This document shows, piece by piece, positions 39,023 through 48,798 of a DNA stretch of 64,000 bases. Origin of the DNA: an uncultured Chloroflexia bacterium (GTDB lineage: Bacteria; Chloroflexota; Limnocylindria; Limnocylindrales; CSP1-4); the NCBI GenBank assembly GCA_963772565.1, contig CAVYXU010000076.1, positions 10,417 to 74,416 of the forward strand, written 5' to 3'. The translations under genes were made by a program, and so were the position numbers. The notes under the pieces were generated by a model that was not told the origin of the DNA, did not search any database, and saw nothing but the letters and a program-made list of their open reading frames with translations. The first letter of the stretch is position 1. Every line of letters starts with the position of its first letter.

Positions 39023-40786
39023 ATGGCATCCACCAAACGGCTGATGACGGTCCTCGCGCTGGCGAGCATCGTCGTCGGCGCGTGCGGCTCGGCACAGTCG
39101 ACCACGGCACCCAGCCAGGCTGAGAGCATGGCCCCGACCGAGTCGGCCGCTGTGACACCGGCCCCGTCCGAGGGTGCGGTCGAGAGCTACCCCCGCAACG
39201 AGACCCTGTACACGACGGGCAAGCAGTGGGGCCCGCCCTCGACCTGGAACCCGCTCGACCCGAATGCCGCGATGGGCGTCGTCGGTCTCCAGTACGAGAC
39301 TCTGTTCCTGTACGACCCGTTGGCGGACAAGTTCGATCCCTGGCTCGCGGAGAGCGCCAGCTGGACGGACGCGACCACTTACACGATCAAGACGCGATCG
39401 GGCGTCACGTGGAGCGATGGCCAGCCGTTCACGGCCGATGACGTCGCGTTCACGATCGGGCTCGCCAAGATCAAGGCCGTCGGCTCCAACATCTGGGACT
39501 ACGTCACCGACGCCACCGCCACCGACGCCAACACGGTCGTCGTCAAGTTCAACAACCCCGCCTACCAGGAGTGGGCGACGTGGACCTACAACAGCCCGAT
39601 CCTTCCCAAGCACATCTGGGAGGCGAAGGCCAATGAGGACATCCTCAAGGACACCAACGCCAACGGCGTAGGGACCGGTCCGTACATGTACAAGACGGCC
39701 GCCGAGGACCGCATGGTCTGGGTCAAGAACGACAACTGGTGGGCCAAGACCGCGCTCAACCTCGATGTCAAGCCGAAGTACATCGTCGACATCGTCAACG
39801 GCGCCAACAACGTGGCGCTCGGTCTGCTGATGCAGGGCGGGATCGACCTGAGCAACAACTTCCTGCCCGGCGTTGCCACCCTGGTCGACAACGGCTACGT
39901 GACCACGTACTTCAAGGGCGCGCCGTACATGCTCTCGGGCAACACGGCGTGGCTCGTCACCAACGACAAGAAGAAGCCGCTTGACGACCCCGCGTTCCGC
40001 AAGGCCATCGCGTTCGCGGTCGACGTCCCCACGATCGTGAACAAGGTCTACGGAAACATCGTCCAGGCCGCCGATCCCACCGGGCTCCTGCCGACCTGGG
40101 ACAAGTACATCGACAAGGCCCAGCGCGACGCGCTCGGCTTCAAGTACGACCCGGGCCAGACGGCCTCGATCCTCGTCGCTGCCGGCTACAAGAAGGGCAG
40201 TGACGGGTTCTACACGGCCAAGGACGGCTCGGCCATCAAGCTCACCATCATGGTTCCCACCGGCTGGTCCGACTGGGAAGCCGCTCGCGACGTGATCGTG
40301 TCCAGCCTCAAGGCCGCGGGCATCAACGCCGAGGCGCGGATCGTGGACTATAACGGCCTGGTCGATGCGCGCAACAGCGGCGACTTCGACCTGGTCGTCA
40401 ACAACGAGGTCCAGCTCTCGAACACCCCGTGGACCTATTACGACTACATGTACCGGATGCCGCTCATGGAGGGCGCCGGCAAGAACCGCAACTACGGCGG
40501 CTACGAGAATGCCGATGCCTGGGCTCTCGTCCAGCAGCTCGACAAGACCCCGGTCGACGATATCGCCGCCATGCAGTCGATCACCAGCAAGCTCCAGAAG
40601 ATCTCCCTGACCGACATGCCGGTCATCCCGCTCTGGTACAACGGGCTGTGGTCGCAGGTCAGCAACGTCGTATGGACCAACTGGCCATCCGACGACGGGA
40701 ACCACATCCTGCCGGCCACCTGGAACGGATACTGGCAGATGGGCGCCGTCAAGATGCTCACCGAGCTTCAGCCGGTCACCCCCTAG
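39023..40786 (+). CDS. ABC transporter family-5 substrate-binding lipoprotein (Opp/Dpp-type; likely beta-linked oligosaccharide specific by context)
   Basis: Lipobox MASTKRLMTVLALASIVVGAC. SBP_bac_5-like ETLYTTGKQWGPPSTWNPL...YETLFLYDPLADKFDPWLAES. GGAGGAGG lies 6-13 nt upstream. Confidence 0.85.
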   Translation: MASTKRLMTVLALASIVVGACGSAQSTTAPSQAESMAPTESAAVTPAPSEGAVESYPRNETLYTTGKQWGPPSTWNPLDPNAAMGVVGLQYETLFLYDPLADKFDPWLAESASWTDATTYTIKTRSGVTWSDGQPFTADDVAFTIGLAKIKAVGSNIWDYVTDATATDANTVVVKFNNPAYQEWATWTYNSPILPKHIWEAKANEDILKDTNANGVGTGPYMYKTAAEDRMVWVKNDNWWAKTALNLDVKPKYIVDIVNGANNVALGLLMQGGIDLSNNFLPGVATLVDNGYVTTYFKGAPYMLSGNTAWLVTNDKKKPLDDPAFRKAIAFAVDVPTIVNKVYGNIVQAADPTGLLPTWDKYIDKAQRDALGFKYDPGQTASILVAAGYKKGSDGFYTAKDGSAIKLTIMVPTGWSDWEAARDVIVSSLKAAGINAEARIVDYNGLVDARNSGDFDLVVNNEVQLSNTPWTYYDYMYRMPLMEGAGKNRNYGGYENADAWALVQQLDKTPVDDIAAMQSITSKLQKISLTDMPVIPLWYNGLWSQVSNVVWTNWPSDDGNHILPATWNGYWQMGAVKMLTELQPVTP

Positions 40787-40800
40787 TCCCTCGAGCCAAC

Positions 40801-40835
40801 CGATCCCCCCGGCCGTGCCGCGGTCGGGGGGATCG
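40801..40835 (+). other. Intercistronic hairpin between the SBP and permease genes
   Basis: CGATCCCCCC (40801-40810) pairs with GGGGGGATCG (40826-40835), with a 15-nt loop. This arrangement is common downstream of SBP genes for differential mRNA stability or attenuation. Confidence 0.5.
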
Positions 40836-40861
40836 TCTCCAGCTCAGTCGCGGGAGATCGC

Positions 40862-41854
40862 GTGCGACGCTACTTCGGCCGCAAGCTCCTGATCTACGCG
40901 CTCACGTTCCTCGTGGCGGCGACGATCGACTGGATGATCCCGCGCTTCATGCCCGGCGACCCCGTCCAGAGCATGCTCTCGCGCCGCCAGATCCCGCCCG
41001 AAGCCGTCGCCGATGTCCTTGCCTACTACAACAACCTGTTCGGGCTTGACCTGCCGATCTGGCAGCAGTACCTGAACTTCTGGGGCTCGCTGCTCCACGG
41101 AGACCTGGGCCTGAGCGTGTACCTGTCCGGACGGTCCGTGGTCAGCGTGATCATGGCGGCAGTCCCCTACACGCTCGCGCTGCTCATCCCGGCGATCCTG
41201 CTCAGCTGGTGGGCGGGCAACACGTTCGGTGCGATTGCCGCCCGGCGGAAGCTCCTCGACAACGCGGTCCTGCCAATCGGGTACATCCTCACCGCTACGC
41301 CCTACATGTGGCTCGCGATCGTGATCGCCTGGGTGCTGGGAACGATCTTCCGCGTCTTCCCGATTTCCGGCGGCTACTCCTACGCCCTGGAGCCATCACT
41401 GTCGCTGGCGTTCCTTGGAAGCCTCGTCGCCCATTGGGTGATGCCGTTCATGTCCCTGTTCCTGATCATGTTCGGCGGGTGGGCGATCGGCATGCGCAAC
41501 ATGATCATCTACGAGCTCGACGCCGACTACTCGCGATATCTCGGGGCTCTCGGCGCGCCGTCCGGGCTGATCCGCCGCTACGCGTTCCGGAATGCCGTGC
41601 TGCCGCAGGTCACGGGGCTGGCCCTCCAGCTGGGCGTGATCGTCTCCGGCGCTCTGGTCACCGAGATCGTGTTCTCGTACCCCGGGATCGGCAAGCTCCT
41701 GCTCGCAGCGGTCCAGAATGAGGACTACTTCCTGCTGCAGGGCATCTTCCTTTTCGTCATCGTGGGTGTGCTGATCGCGAACTTCCTCGTTGACATCGCC
41801 TACGTGTTCCTCGATCCCCGAACCCGGATCGGCATGAGCGGCGGCGGCGCATGA
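40862..41854 (+). CDS. ABC transporter permease (DppB/OppB-like)
   Basis: RRYFGRKLLIYALTFLVAATIDWMIPRFMPGDP; six TM segments; GTG start with GGGAG upstream. Confidence 0.85.
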   Translation: MRRYFGRKLLIYALTFLVAATIDWMIPRFMPGDPVQSMLSRRQIPPEAVADVLAYYNNLFGLDLPIWQQYLNFWGSLLHGDLGLSVYLSGRSVVSVIMAAVPYTLALLIPAILLSWWAGNTFGAIAARRKLLDNAVLPIGYILTATPYMWLAIVIAWVLGTIFRVFPISGGYSYALEPSLSLAFLGSLVAHWVMPFMSLFLIMFGGWAIGMRNMIIYELDADYSRYLGALGAPSGLIRRYAFRNAVLPQVTGLALQLGVIVSGALVTEIVFSYPGIGKLLLAAVQNEDYFLLQGIFLFVIVGVLIANFLVDIAYVFLDPRTRIGMSGGGA

Positions 41855-42813
41855 GCGGGTCGCGCCGTGTCGCCTCTCCGGATGCCCCCGTCTCCCCCGC
41901 CGCTCCGTCGCCGCGACCCCCGGCAGGCCGGCTAGGCGGCCCCGCGGCGAGCGCCGACGAAGGCGTCGGGCAAGCCCGCGAGCTGCGCCACTTCGTCCTC
42001 CGCAGCCGCAAGGTCCTCATCGGCTCCACGATCCTGCTCGTCCTCATCGCGTTGGCGATCGCCGGGCCTTTCCTCCGGCCCGGCGATCCCAACGCATTCG
42101 CCGGGCCGGTCGCTGAAGCACCGTCGCTGGAATACTGGTTCGGCACGACGACGTTCGGCCAGGATGTGTTCGCCCAGTTCGTCAGCGGGCTCGGCGCGAC
42201 GTTCATGATCGGGCTGGCCGGTGGCGGTCTGGCAGCCCTGATCGGCGTCGTGGTCGGGTTCGTGGCGGGCTACCGCGGTGGTCTCGTGGACGAGATCCTG
42301 AGCGGGTTCACCAACGTCGTCCTCGTCATCCCCACGCTGGCTCTGCTGCTCGTCGTCACCGCGTTCCTCCAGGCGCGGGGCCTGATGGTCGAGGCGGCGT
42401 TCATCGGACTCACCTCGTGGCCCTGGGCGGCACGTGCCATTCGCGCCCAGACGTTCTCGCTCAACGCGCGCGAGTTCGTGGACCTGGCACGGATCACCGG
42501 GATGCCCGCTCGCAAGATCATCTTCAGCGAGATCGCCCCCAACATGAGCTCGTACCTGTTCATGACGTTCATCCTGCTGTTCGGTGGCTCGATCCTGATC
42601 GCGGCATCGCTCGACTTCATCGGCCTGGGACCGACGGAGGGGACCTCGCTGGGCCTGATGATGTACAACGCGGTCGCGTGGAGCGCCCTGCAGCTCGGGC
42701 TGTGGTGGTGGTTCATCCCGCCCGGGATCGGCATCACGGCGATCGTCGGGGCCCTGTACGTCATGAACGTGGGTCTCGACGAGATCTTCAATCCCCGGCT
42801 GCGGGAGTCCTGA
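41851..42813 (+). CDS. ABC transporter permease (DppC/OppC-like) with an N-terminal extension
   Basis: YWFGTTTFGQDVFAQFVSG... and the BPD_transp_1 core. ATGA overlap with the upstream permease. Confidence 0.85.
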   Translation: MSGSRRVASPDAPVSPAAPSPRPPAGRLGGPAASADEGVGQARELRHFVLRSRKVLIGSTILLVLIALAIAGPFLRPGDPNAFAGPVAEAPSLEYWFGTTTFGQDVFAQFVSGLGATFMIGLAGGGLAALIGVVVGFVAGYRGGLVDEILSGFTNVVLVIPTLALLLVVTAFLQARGLMVEAAFIGLTSWPWAARAIRAQTFSLNAREFVDLARITGMPARKIIFSEIAPNMSSYLFMTFILLFGGSILIAASLDFIGLGPTEGTSLGLMMYNAVAWSALQLGLWWWFIPPGIGITAIVGALYVMNVGLDEIFNPRLRES

Positions 42814-42815
42814 GC

Positions 42816-43766
42816 GTGAGCCTCAAGGTCACGGACCTCCGTGTCTACTACCGGACCCTCGCGGGCGACGTGAAGGCGCTGGACGGCGTCTCGTTCCAGA
42901 TCGCGGACGGCGAGATCATGGGGCTCGCCGGCGAGTCCGGCTGCGGCAAGTCCACCCTCGGCAACGCCCTCATCCGGATCGACGGCCGGATGAAGCACGT
43001 GGGCGGGACGGTCGAGCTCGACGGCGTGGAGCTGCCGATCGCGGACAACGAGGCAATGAACGCCTTCCGGTTCAAGGAGATCTCGCTCATCCCGCAGTAC
43101 GCGATGAGCGCCCTCAACCCGACTCGCAAGATCGGACGCATGATCCGCGAGGTCGTCGGATCCCGGGACGTCCGCTACGAGGAGATCCACGATGAGCTGG
43201 AGCGCCGGCTCGAGCTCGTGGGCCTGACCCACGCGATCCTCGACATGTACCCGATCGAGCTCTCGGGCGGGATGAAGCAGCGGCTGGTCATGGTCCTCTC
43301 CACGCTGCTCGACCCGGCTGTCCTCATCGCGGACGAGATCACGTCCGCGCTCGACGTGTCGAGCCAGCGCGCAGTCGCCCAGACCCTCGTGGGCTTCCGG
43401 GACCGTGGGTTCGTCCGGAGCATGATCGTGGTCACCCACGACGTCTCGATCCTGTACCAGATCTCGGACACGCTTGCGATCATGTACGCGGGCAAGCTCG
43501 CGGAGAAGGCGTCCACCGAGACGCTGATGCAGGCTCCCCGCCATCCGTACACCAAGCTGCTGGTGTCGTCGTTGCCCGAGATGGGGCGACGGTTCTCCGA
43601 GAAACGCCTCGCCGGCATCCCGGGGACCCCGCCGTCGCTGCTCAATCCACCGACCGGATGCCGGTTCCGGGATCGGTGCCCGCTCGCGGACGCCCAGTGC
43701 CTTGAGGAGCCGCCCTTCGTCGAGATCGAGCCCGGCCACTCCGTGGCCTGCTGGAAGGTCTCCTGA
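42816..43766 (+). CDS. ABC transporter ATP-binding protein (DppD/OppD-like)
   Basis: VSLKVTDLRVYYRTLAGDVKALDGVSFQIADGEIMGLAGESGCGKSTL...LSGGMKQR...HPYTKLL...GCRFRDRCPLA. The GTG at 42816 is just after the permease stop, with GGGAG upstream. Confidence 0.85.
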   Translation: MSLKVTDLRVYYRTLAGDVKALDGVSFQIADGEIMGLAGESGCGKSTLGNALIRIDGRMKHVGGTVELDGVELPIADNEAMNAFRFKEISLIPQYAMSALNPTRKIGRMIREVVGSRDVRYEEIHDELERRLELVGLTHAILDMYPIELSGGMKQRLVMVLSTLLDPAVLIADEITSALDVSSQRAVAQTLVGFRDRGFVRSMIVVTHDVSILYQISDTLAIMYAGKLAEKASTETLMQAPRHPYTKLLVSSLPEMGRRFSEKRLAGIPGTPPSLLNPPTGCRFRDRCPLADAQCLEEPPFVEIEPGHSVACWKVS

Positions 43767-44710
43767 TGCTCGCCCTGGAGCATGTGTCCAAGGTCTACCG
43801 CGTCGGTCCGTTCGGCGGGTCGGAGCTGGTCGCGGTGCGCGACGTGACGCTGAGCATCGCCCCCGGCGAGGTTGTCTCGCTGATCGGCGAGAGCGGCAGC
43901 GGCAAGTCCACGATCGGCAAGATGATCCTGCGCCTGGTCCGGGTCAATGGTGGCCGGATCGACGTCGACGGAACCGACATCGCCACGCTTCACGGGAGCG
44001 GCCTGCGCAACTACTACCGCGGCGTCCAGGGCGTGTTCCAGGACCCGTTCAGCTCGTTCAACCCGATCTTCAAGGTCGACCACGTGTTCAACATGGTCCA
44101 CGGCGCGTTCCACCACGGAGTGCCGGCCGGCGAATGGCGGGGGCGGATCGAGTCCGCCCTCCAGGACGTCGGGCTGGAGGCGGGCCAGGTGCTGCACAAG
44201 TACCCGCACCAGCTCAGCGGCGGCCAGCTCCAGCGGCTCCTGATCGCGCGGGCGCTGCTCCTGGATACGAAGTACCTGGTTGCGGACGAGATCATCAGCA
44301 TGCTCGACGCATCCACGCGCATCGACGTCCTCAACCTGCTCGGGGACCTCAAGGAACGCGGCCTCGGGATCCTGTTCATCACTCACGACCTGTCGCTCGG
44401 CAACTACATCAGCGAGCGGGCCGTGATCCTCCGCCGCGGTCGCGTCGTCGAGATGGGTCCCACGGAGCTCGTGTTCGGCAACGCGCTCCACCCGTATACG
44501 CAGATGCTGCTGGCCTCCGTCCCCCGGCTCGAGGAGCGCTGGGGTGCGGGCGACATCGCCTGGGACCAGGAGCAGGCCCTGCCCGAGTGCCTGTTCCACG
44601 CGGCCTACCCGAAGGGGCGCGAGGGCGCCGCACTGACCGAGGTGGCACCGGGCCACTTCGTCGGCTGCGTGGACCCGGACGGGCGCTGCGAGGCCTCGCG
44701 GGAAAGCTGA
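43766..44710 (+). CDS. ABC transporter ATP-binding protein (DppF/OppF-like)
   Basis: LIGESGSGKSTIGKMIL...LSGGQLQRLLIARAL...ADEIISMLD...ITHDLSL. TGATG overlap with the previous gene. Confidence 0.85.
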   Translation: MLALEHVSKVYRVGPFGGSELVAVRDVTLSIAPGEVVSLIGESGSGKSTIGKMILRLVRVNGGRIDVDGTDIATLHGSGLRNYYRGVQGVFQDPFSSFNPIFKVDHVFNMVHGAFHHGVPAGEWRGRIESALQDVGLEAGQVLHKYPHQLSGGQLQRLLIARALLLDTKYLVADEIISMLDASTRIDVLNLLGDLKERGLGILFITHDLSLGNYISERAVILRRGRVVEMGPTELVFGNALHPYTQMLLASVPRLEERWGAGDIAWDQEQALPECLFHAAYPKGREGAALTEVAPGHFVGCVDPDGRCEASRES

Positions 44711-44822
44711 GGGCCAGGTTCGGCGCGGTTCGCCGGCCCCACTCGCGCCACCTACGCCTTGCCCTGCCACGTGCCCCCGCCCCTGCCACCCACCGGGCCC
44801 GCCGGTCGCCCGCCGATCCCGT

Positions 44823-44897
44823 CACCTACCGCGGGTCGCGGTGCTAACGGCAGGATCGGGCGACGATGCTGTCAGTCACCGCGACCCGCGGTGGTAG
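44823..44897. repeat. Long inverted repeat in the 436-bp convergent spacer
   Basis: CACCTACCGCGGGTCGCGGTG (44823-44843) and CACCGCGACCCGCGGTGGTAG (44877-44897); about 18 bp pair, with one 2-nt bulge. Further repeats: GCGGCCGGAAT(T)CCGC occurs twice at about 45045-45110, and GACCCGGTGGGTC is palindromic. Confidence 0.7.
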
Positions 44898-45146
44898 TCC
44901 GGGTCGGGGGCGACTGCCCCGGCGCCGTGCCACTCGACACGACGGATCCGTGCACGGACGTCATGAGCAGCGGGGCGTAACGCCCACCGGAGGTGGCAGG
45001 ACCGTGACTACCACCGGGGAGCGCGGTGGGTGACAGAGCTCGGCCGCGGCCGGAATTCCGCGGCAGCGGAGACCCGGTGGGTCCCGCCACCGCGGCCGGA
45101 ATCCGCCTCGTCAGCGCGCCACGGCGGCGCGGGTGGAGACCCGCCT

Positions 45147-46022
45147 TCAGCCGCTGCGCAGCCCCTCGAATCGGAAACGGTCGCGGTCCGGCACCAGGCG
45201 GCCCACCGGGTCGCGCGACTCGTGCGACAGCGCGACCAGCCAGTCCTCCTCGACCGCACGGCGGAACAGCTCGCCCTTGCGCGCGACGCTGTCGAGCGGG
45301 AAGTCGTCGAACGAGGTCACCCAGCGCGGGTTCGCCGCCCACGGCCGCATGCACAGGTCGCCGAAGAACGCGAGCGTCCGCGCGCCGGGGCCACTCCCCC
45401 GGACCACGATCGCCTGGTGTCCGGCGGAATGCCCGCCGGTCTCGATCACGGACACGCCCGGCACGAGCTCCCGGTCGCCCTCGACCCAGCCCTCGGCACC
45501 CCAGTCGGCCACGAGCCGCAGCTCGGGCTGATCGTAGGAGGCGAGCACGCGGCTGTTGTCCCCCAGCGCCAGCTCCCACTCGGCGCGCTGGGCGACGATG
45601 CGTGCTCGCGGGAACGCCTTCGTCCCATCCGCGAGCAGCAGCCCGCCCGCGTGGTCGAAATGGAGGTGGCTCATCGCCACCACGTCGACGGACGCGGGAT
45701 CGAAGCCCGCCTCGCGCATCGCCGGCGCGATCGGGGTGCCGAGGTACCCGCGCATCGCACGGCCCTTGTCGTTGATCCGCTCCCCGATCCCCGTCTCGAC
45801 CAGCACCCGGCCGGCCGGCGTCTCGACCAGCAGGCAGTTGAGCGCCTGGAGCAGGCGCCGGTCGTCGTCGATCTCGCCCTCGGCCCACGGCCGCCACAGG
45901 ATCCAGGGCACGGGACCGAACAGGGCACCCGCGTCCGACCGGAAGGTGCCGGCCTGGATCAGGGCGACGGTCGTCCCACCGCCCAGGTCCATGCGGAAGT
46001 CCACGGCGTCGTTCAGGGTCAT
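45147..46022 (-). CDS. MBL-fold metallo-hydrolase (N-acyl-homoserine-lactonase-like)
   Basis: [16 protein letters not shown] (HxHxDH)...[13 protein letters not shown]...FFGD. The ATG at 46022 overlaps the dcd stop (ATGA). The remaining upstream part of the 571-aa track ORF is junk. Confidence 0.8.
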   Translation of the reverse strand: MTLNDAVDFRMDLGGGTTVALIQAGTFRSDAGALFGPVPWILWRPWAEGEIDDDRRLLQALNCLLVETPAGRVLVETGIGERINDKGRAMRGYLGTPIAPAMREAGFDPASVDVVAMSHLHFDHAGGLLLADGTKAFPRARIVAQRAEWELALGDNSRVLASYDQPELRLVADWGAEGWVEGDRELVPGVSVIETGGHSAGHQAIVVRGSGPGARTLAFFGDLCMRPWAANPRWVTSFDDFPLDSVARKGELFRRAVEEDWLVALSHESRDPVGRLVPDRDRFRFEGLRSG

Positions 46023-46624
46023 GACGAGCGCTCCCCGTCCTGTCGTACCTTGCGCCCGCGCTCGAAGTCCGCGTGGAAGGCCGACGCCGTCGGCTCGGAC
46101 TGGCCCTGGTACTTGGACCCGAGCTCCTTGCTGCCGTACGGCCGCTCGACGGGCGAGCTCATCCGGAAGAAGCTGATCTGGCCGATTCGCATCCCGGAGT
46201 ACAGCGCGATCGGGAGGTTGGCGACGTTCGACAGCTCGAGCGTGAGCGTGCCCTTCCAGCCCGGATCCACGTAACCCGCGGTGGAATGAATGAGGAGCCC
46301 CAGGCGCCCCAGGCTCGACTTCCCCTCGAGTCTGGCCACCAGGTCGTCGGGCAGCTCGACCCATTCGAGCGTCTGGCCCAGCACGAACTCGCCCGGGTGC
46401 AGCACGAACGGCTCGTCGTCGCCAATGCTCAGCAGCTCGGTGAGGTCCGGCTGCGGCGATCGGGGGTCGATGAACGCGTACCGGTTGTTGCGGAACACCC
46501 GGAAGCTGCGGTCGAGGTGGAGGTCGACCGAGGACGGCTGCAGGTCCGACGCGTCGTAGGGGTCGATCCGGACACGGCCGGATTCGAGCTCGGCGCGGAT
46601 GTCGCGATCGGCGAGGACGCTCAC
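46019..46624 (-). CDS. dcd: dCTP deaminase
   Basis: [22 protein letters not shown]...QPSSVDLHL...[56 protein letters not shown]. The GTG at 46624 overlaps the nrdR stop (GTGA). Confidence 0.9.
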   Translation of the reverse strand: MSVLADRDIRAELESGRVRIDPYDASDLQPSSVDLHLDRSFRVFRNNRYAFIDPRSPQPDLTELLSIGDDEPFVLHPGEFVLGQTLEWVELPDDLVARLEGKSSLGRLGLLIHSTAGYVDPGWKGTLTLELSNVANLPIALYSGMRIGQISFFRMSSPVERPYGSKELGSKYQGQSEPTASAFHADFERGRKVRQDGERSS

Positions 46625-47106
46625 GCTCGCGGTTTCCGCTTCTTCGGCGCGCCGTCCTCTGCGAACAGGCTGTCCACCTCGCGCTTGAGGTCCTCGAGAT
46701 CCTCGAAGCTCTGGTACACGGACGCGAACCGGATGTACGCGATGTGGTCGATCGCGCGCAGCTTGTCCATCGCCATCGTGCCGATCCGCGAGCTCGGGAT
46801 CTCCGACGCGCCCGACGACCGCAGCTCGCTCTCGATCTCGTCGGCGGCGCGCCCGGCGACATCGTCCGCGACCGGGCGTCGCGTCAGGGCCTTGGCCAGC
46901 CCGTCGGCAAGCTTGTCGCGGTCGAACTCCTGGCGGATCCCGTCGCGCTTGGCAACCACCAGCCGTGCAGCCTCGACGCGCTCGTACGTCGTGAACCGCG
47001 TGCTGCATGCCGGGCACTCCCGGCGGCGGCGGATCGTCGCGGCCTCATCGAGGTCCCGCGAGTCCACGACGCGCGTGTCGCGAGTGCCGCACTGGGGACA
47101 GCGCAT
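46621..47106 (-). CDS. nrdR: Transcriptional repressor NrdR
   Basis: [45 protein letters not shown] (Zn ribbon) plus an ATP-cone. GGAGG lies upstream of the ATG at 47106. Confidence 0.92.
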   Translation of the reverse strand: MRCPQCGTRDTRVVDSRDLDEAATIRRRRECPACSTRFTTYERVEAARLVVAKRDGIRQEFDRDKLADGLAKALTRRPVADDVAGRAADEIESELRSSGASEIPSSRIGTMAMDKLRAIDHIAYIRFASVYQSFEDLEDLKREVDSLFAEDGAPKKRKPRA

Positions 47107-47162
47107 CGACCCTCCATCCTCCACCAGACCACTATCCCTAGTGGTGCGTGGCGAGAATACCA

Positions 47163-47793
47163 CTACATGCGGGGGTCGTAGCCCCCGCCGAGGTCGCTGT
47201 CGATGCCGTCGACGATGTACGTCGGAACGGTCGTTCCGGCGGCGGCGGTGGTGCGCGCCGGCGACGCCGTTCCGACATCCGCGGGACTGACGGCACGGAC
47301 CTGACTCACGATCTCATGGAAGGCCGAGCGCGCATGGCGGAGGTTGAGCGCGCCGCGCTTGAGCGAGGTCTGCGCCTCGAGCTCGCGGCCACCGCGGACC
47401 GCCATCAGCGCATCGAGGCCGTGTTCGATCATCTCGGTCGCACGGATCGCGCGGTCGAGCTCCCGCCCAAGGCCCTGTGCCTCGGCCGGTGAGTCTCGCG
47501 GGTGGTCGCAGCGTCTTGACCTCGGCAGCCGCGGCGCGCAGCTCCTCCGACGCCGGTCCGATCAGGTCCACGAGCCCCTGTGGATCGCCGGAGTGCCGGC
47601 GCAGCTCGTCGAGCCGGCCCACCAGTGGGTCCGCCGTCGCGCCGAACCATCGATCAAGCCGTCGGGCCGATCGCTGGAAGTCTTCCAGCTCGCGAGTTCG
47701 GGCGACCAGCCGGCCCATCCGGCGCAGCAGGATCACCGCCAGCACGCCGAGCGCGCCAAGCAGGACCAGCCACAGCCCCGTCCCGTCGGTCAC
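47163..47793 (-). pseudogene. Hypothetical N-terminally anchored coiled-coil protein, apparently split by a frameshift near 47490
   Basis: ORF 47314..47793 starts plausibly (MTDGTGLWLVLLGALGVLAVILLRRMGRLVARTRELEDFQRS...AAAEVKTLRPPAR) and then becomes R/P/G junk. The adjacent frame reads sensibly from ...PAEAQGLGRELDRAIRATEMIEHGLDALMAV... to the stop at 47163. Confidence 0.4.
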
Positions 47794-47820
47794 CGCTCGA
47801 CCTCCCCGCGGCCCGGGCCG

Positions 47821-48798
47821 TCAGGTTCCGCGCCGGGCGCGGAGCTCGGCGGCGAGCGCGGGCCCGACCGCGAACAGGTCGCCGACGACGAACAGGTCCG
47901 CGATCTCAGCAATCGGCGCGTCCGGATCCCGGTTGACGGCGATGATCGTCTCGGCGCCCTGCATCCCCACCCGGTGCTGCATGGCGCCCGACACGCCCAG
48001 ACCCAGGTAGAGCGCCGGCCTGACGACCTTGCCGGTCTGTCCGATCTGGCGCGCATAGGCGATCCAGCCCGCATCGACCGACGCGCGCGTCGCGCCGGTG
48101 ACCCCGCCGAGGAGGCCTGCCAGCTCGTCCACGATGGCGAAGCCGTCCGCGCTCCCGACGCCACGACCGCCGACCACCACGACGCGTGCCTCCTCCAGCG
48201 ATGCCTGCGCGCCGGCTTCGGCGACCCGCTCGAGCACCGGAACCGCGGGCGTTGCCGGTTCGGGCGCGGGTTCGACGCTCTCGACCGACCCCTTGCCGGC
48301 CTCGGGCTCGGCCGCCACCGCTCCCAGCTGGACGGTCACGATGCCCGTCGGTCCCGTGAGGGCGCTGTGGGTGATCGCTTTGCCGGCCAGCACGGTTGCC
48401 TCGACCACCGGCCCGTCGCCGTCCCAGGTGGCTCCGGTCGCGTTCGCGAGCAGGCCCCAACCGAGCAGCCCGACCAGCGCACCCGCCACGTCACGACCGT
48501 CCGTGGTGGCGCCGAGCAGGACGTGGGTGACGCCGTCGTCCACGAGCCGCCGGATCTCGGCGACCGCGCGCGGTGCCCAGACCTCGCCTGCCACCGCCGG
48601 TGACGACACGGACACCACCGCCGGCAGGTATCCGGCGAGCTCGTCCGCGGCCGCGGCCGGTTCGCTGTCAACGACCAGCCCGACGACGCTGCCCCCGGCC
48701 GCCTCGGCGATCGCGCGGGCGAGCGTGGCGACCTCGGCGGACAGCCGGGTGAGCTGGCCGTCGGCGACCTCGCCCACGGCAAGGATGCGGGCGGTCAT
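47821..48798 (-). CDS. etfA: Electron transfer flavoprotein subunit alpha
   Basis: The C-terminal FAD-binding region VVVGGRGVG...LAGLLGGVTGATRASVDAGW...QIGQTGKVVRPALYLGLGVSGAMQHRVGM...IIAVNRDPDAPI. TGATG overlap with etfB. Confidence 0.9.
   Translation of the reverse strand: MTARILAVGEVADGQLTRLSAEVATLARAIAEAAGGSVVGLVVDSEPAAAADELAGYLPAVVSVSSPAVAGEVWAPRAVAEIRRLVDDGVTHVLLGATTDGRDVAGALVGLLGWGLLANATGATWDGDGPVVEATVLAGKAITHSALTGPTGIVTVQLGAVAAEPEAGKGSVESVEPAPEPATPAVPVLERVAEAGAQASLEEARVVVVGGRGVGSADGFAIVDELAGLLGGVTGATRASVDAGWIAYARQIGQTGKVVRPALYLGLGVSGAMQHRVGMQGAETIIAVNRDPDAPIAEIADLFVVGDLFAVGPALAAELRARRGT

Noticed and set aside
44759-44980. 73-aa ORF in the convergent spacer.
   Set aside because: Pro/Gly/Arg-rich, no RBS, and it overlaps the inverted repeats. 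It is probably non-coding.
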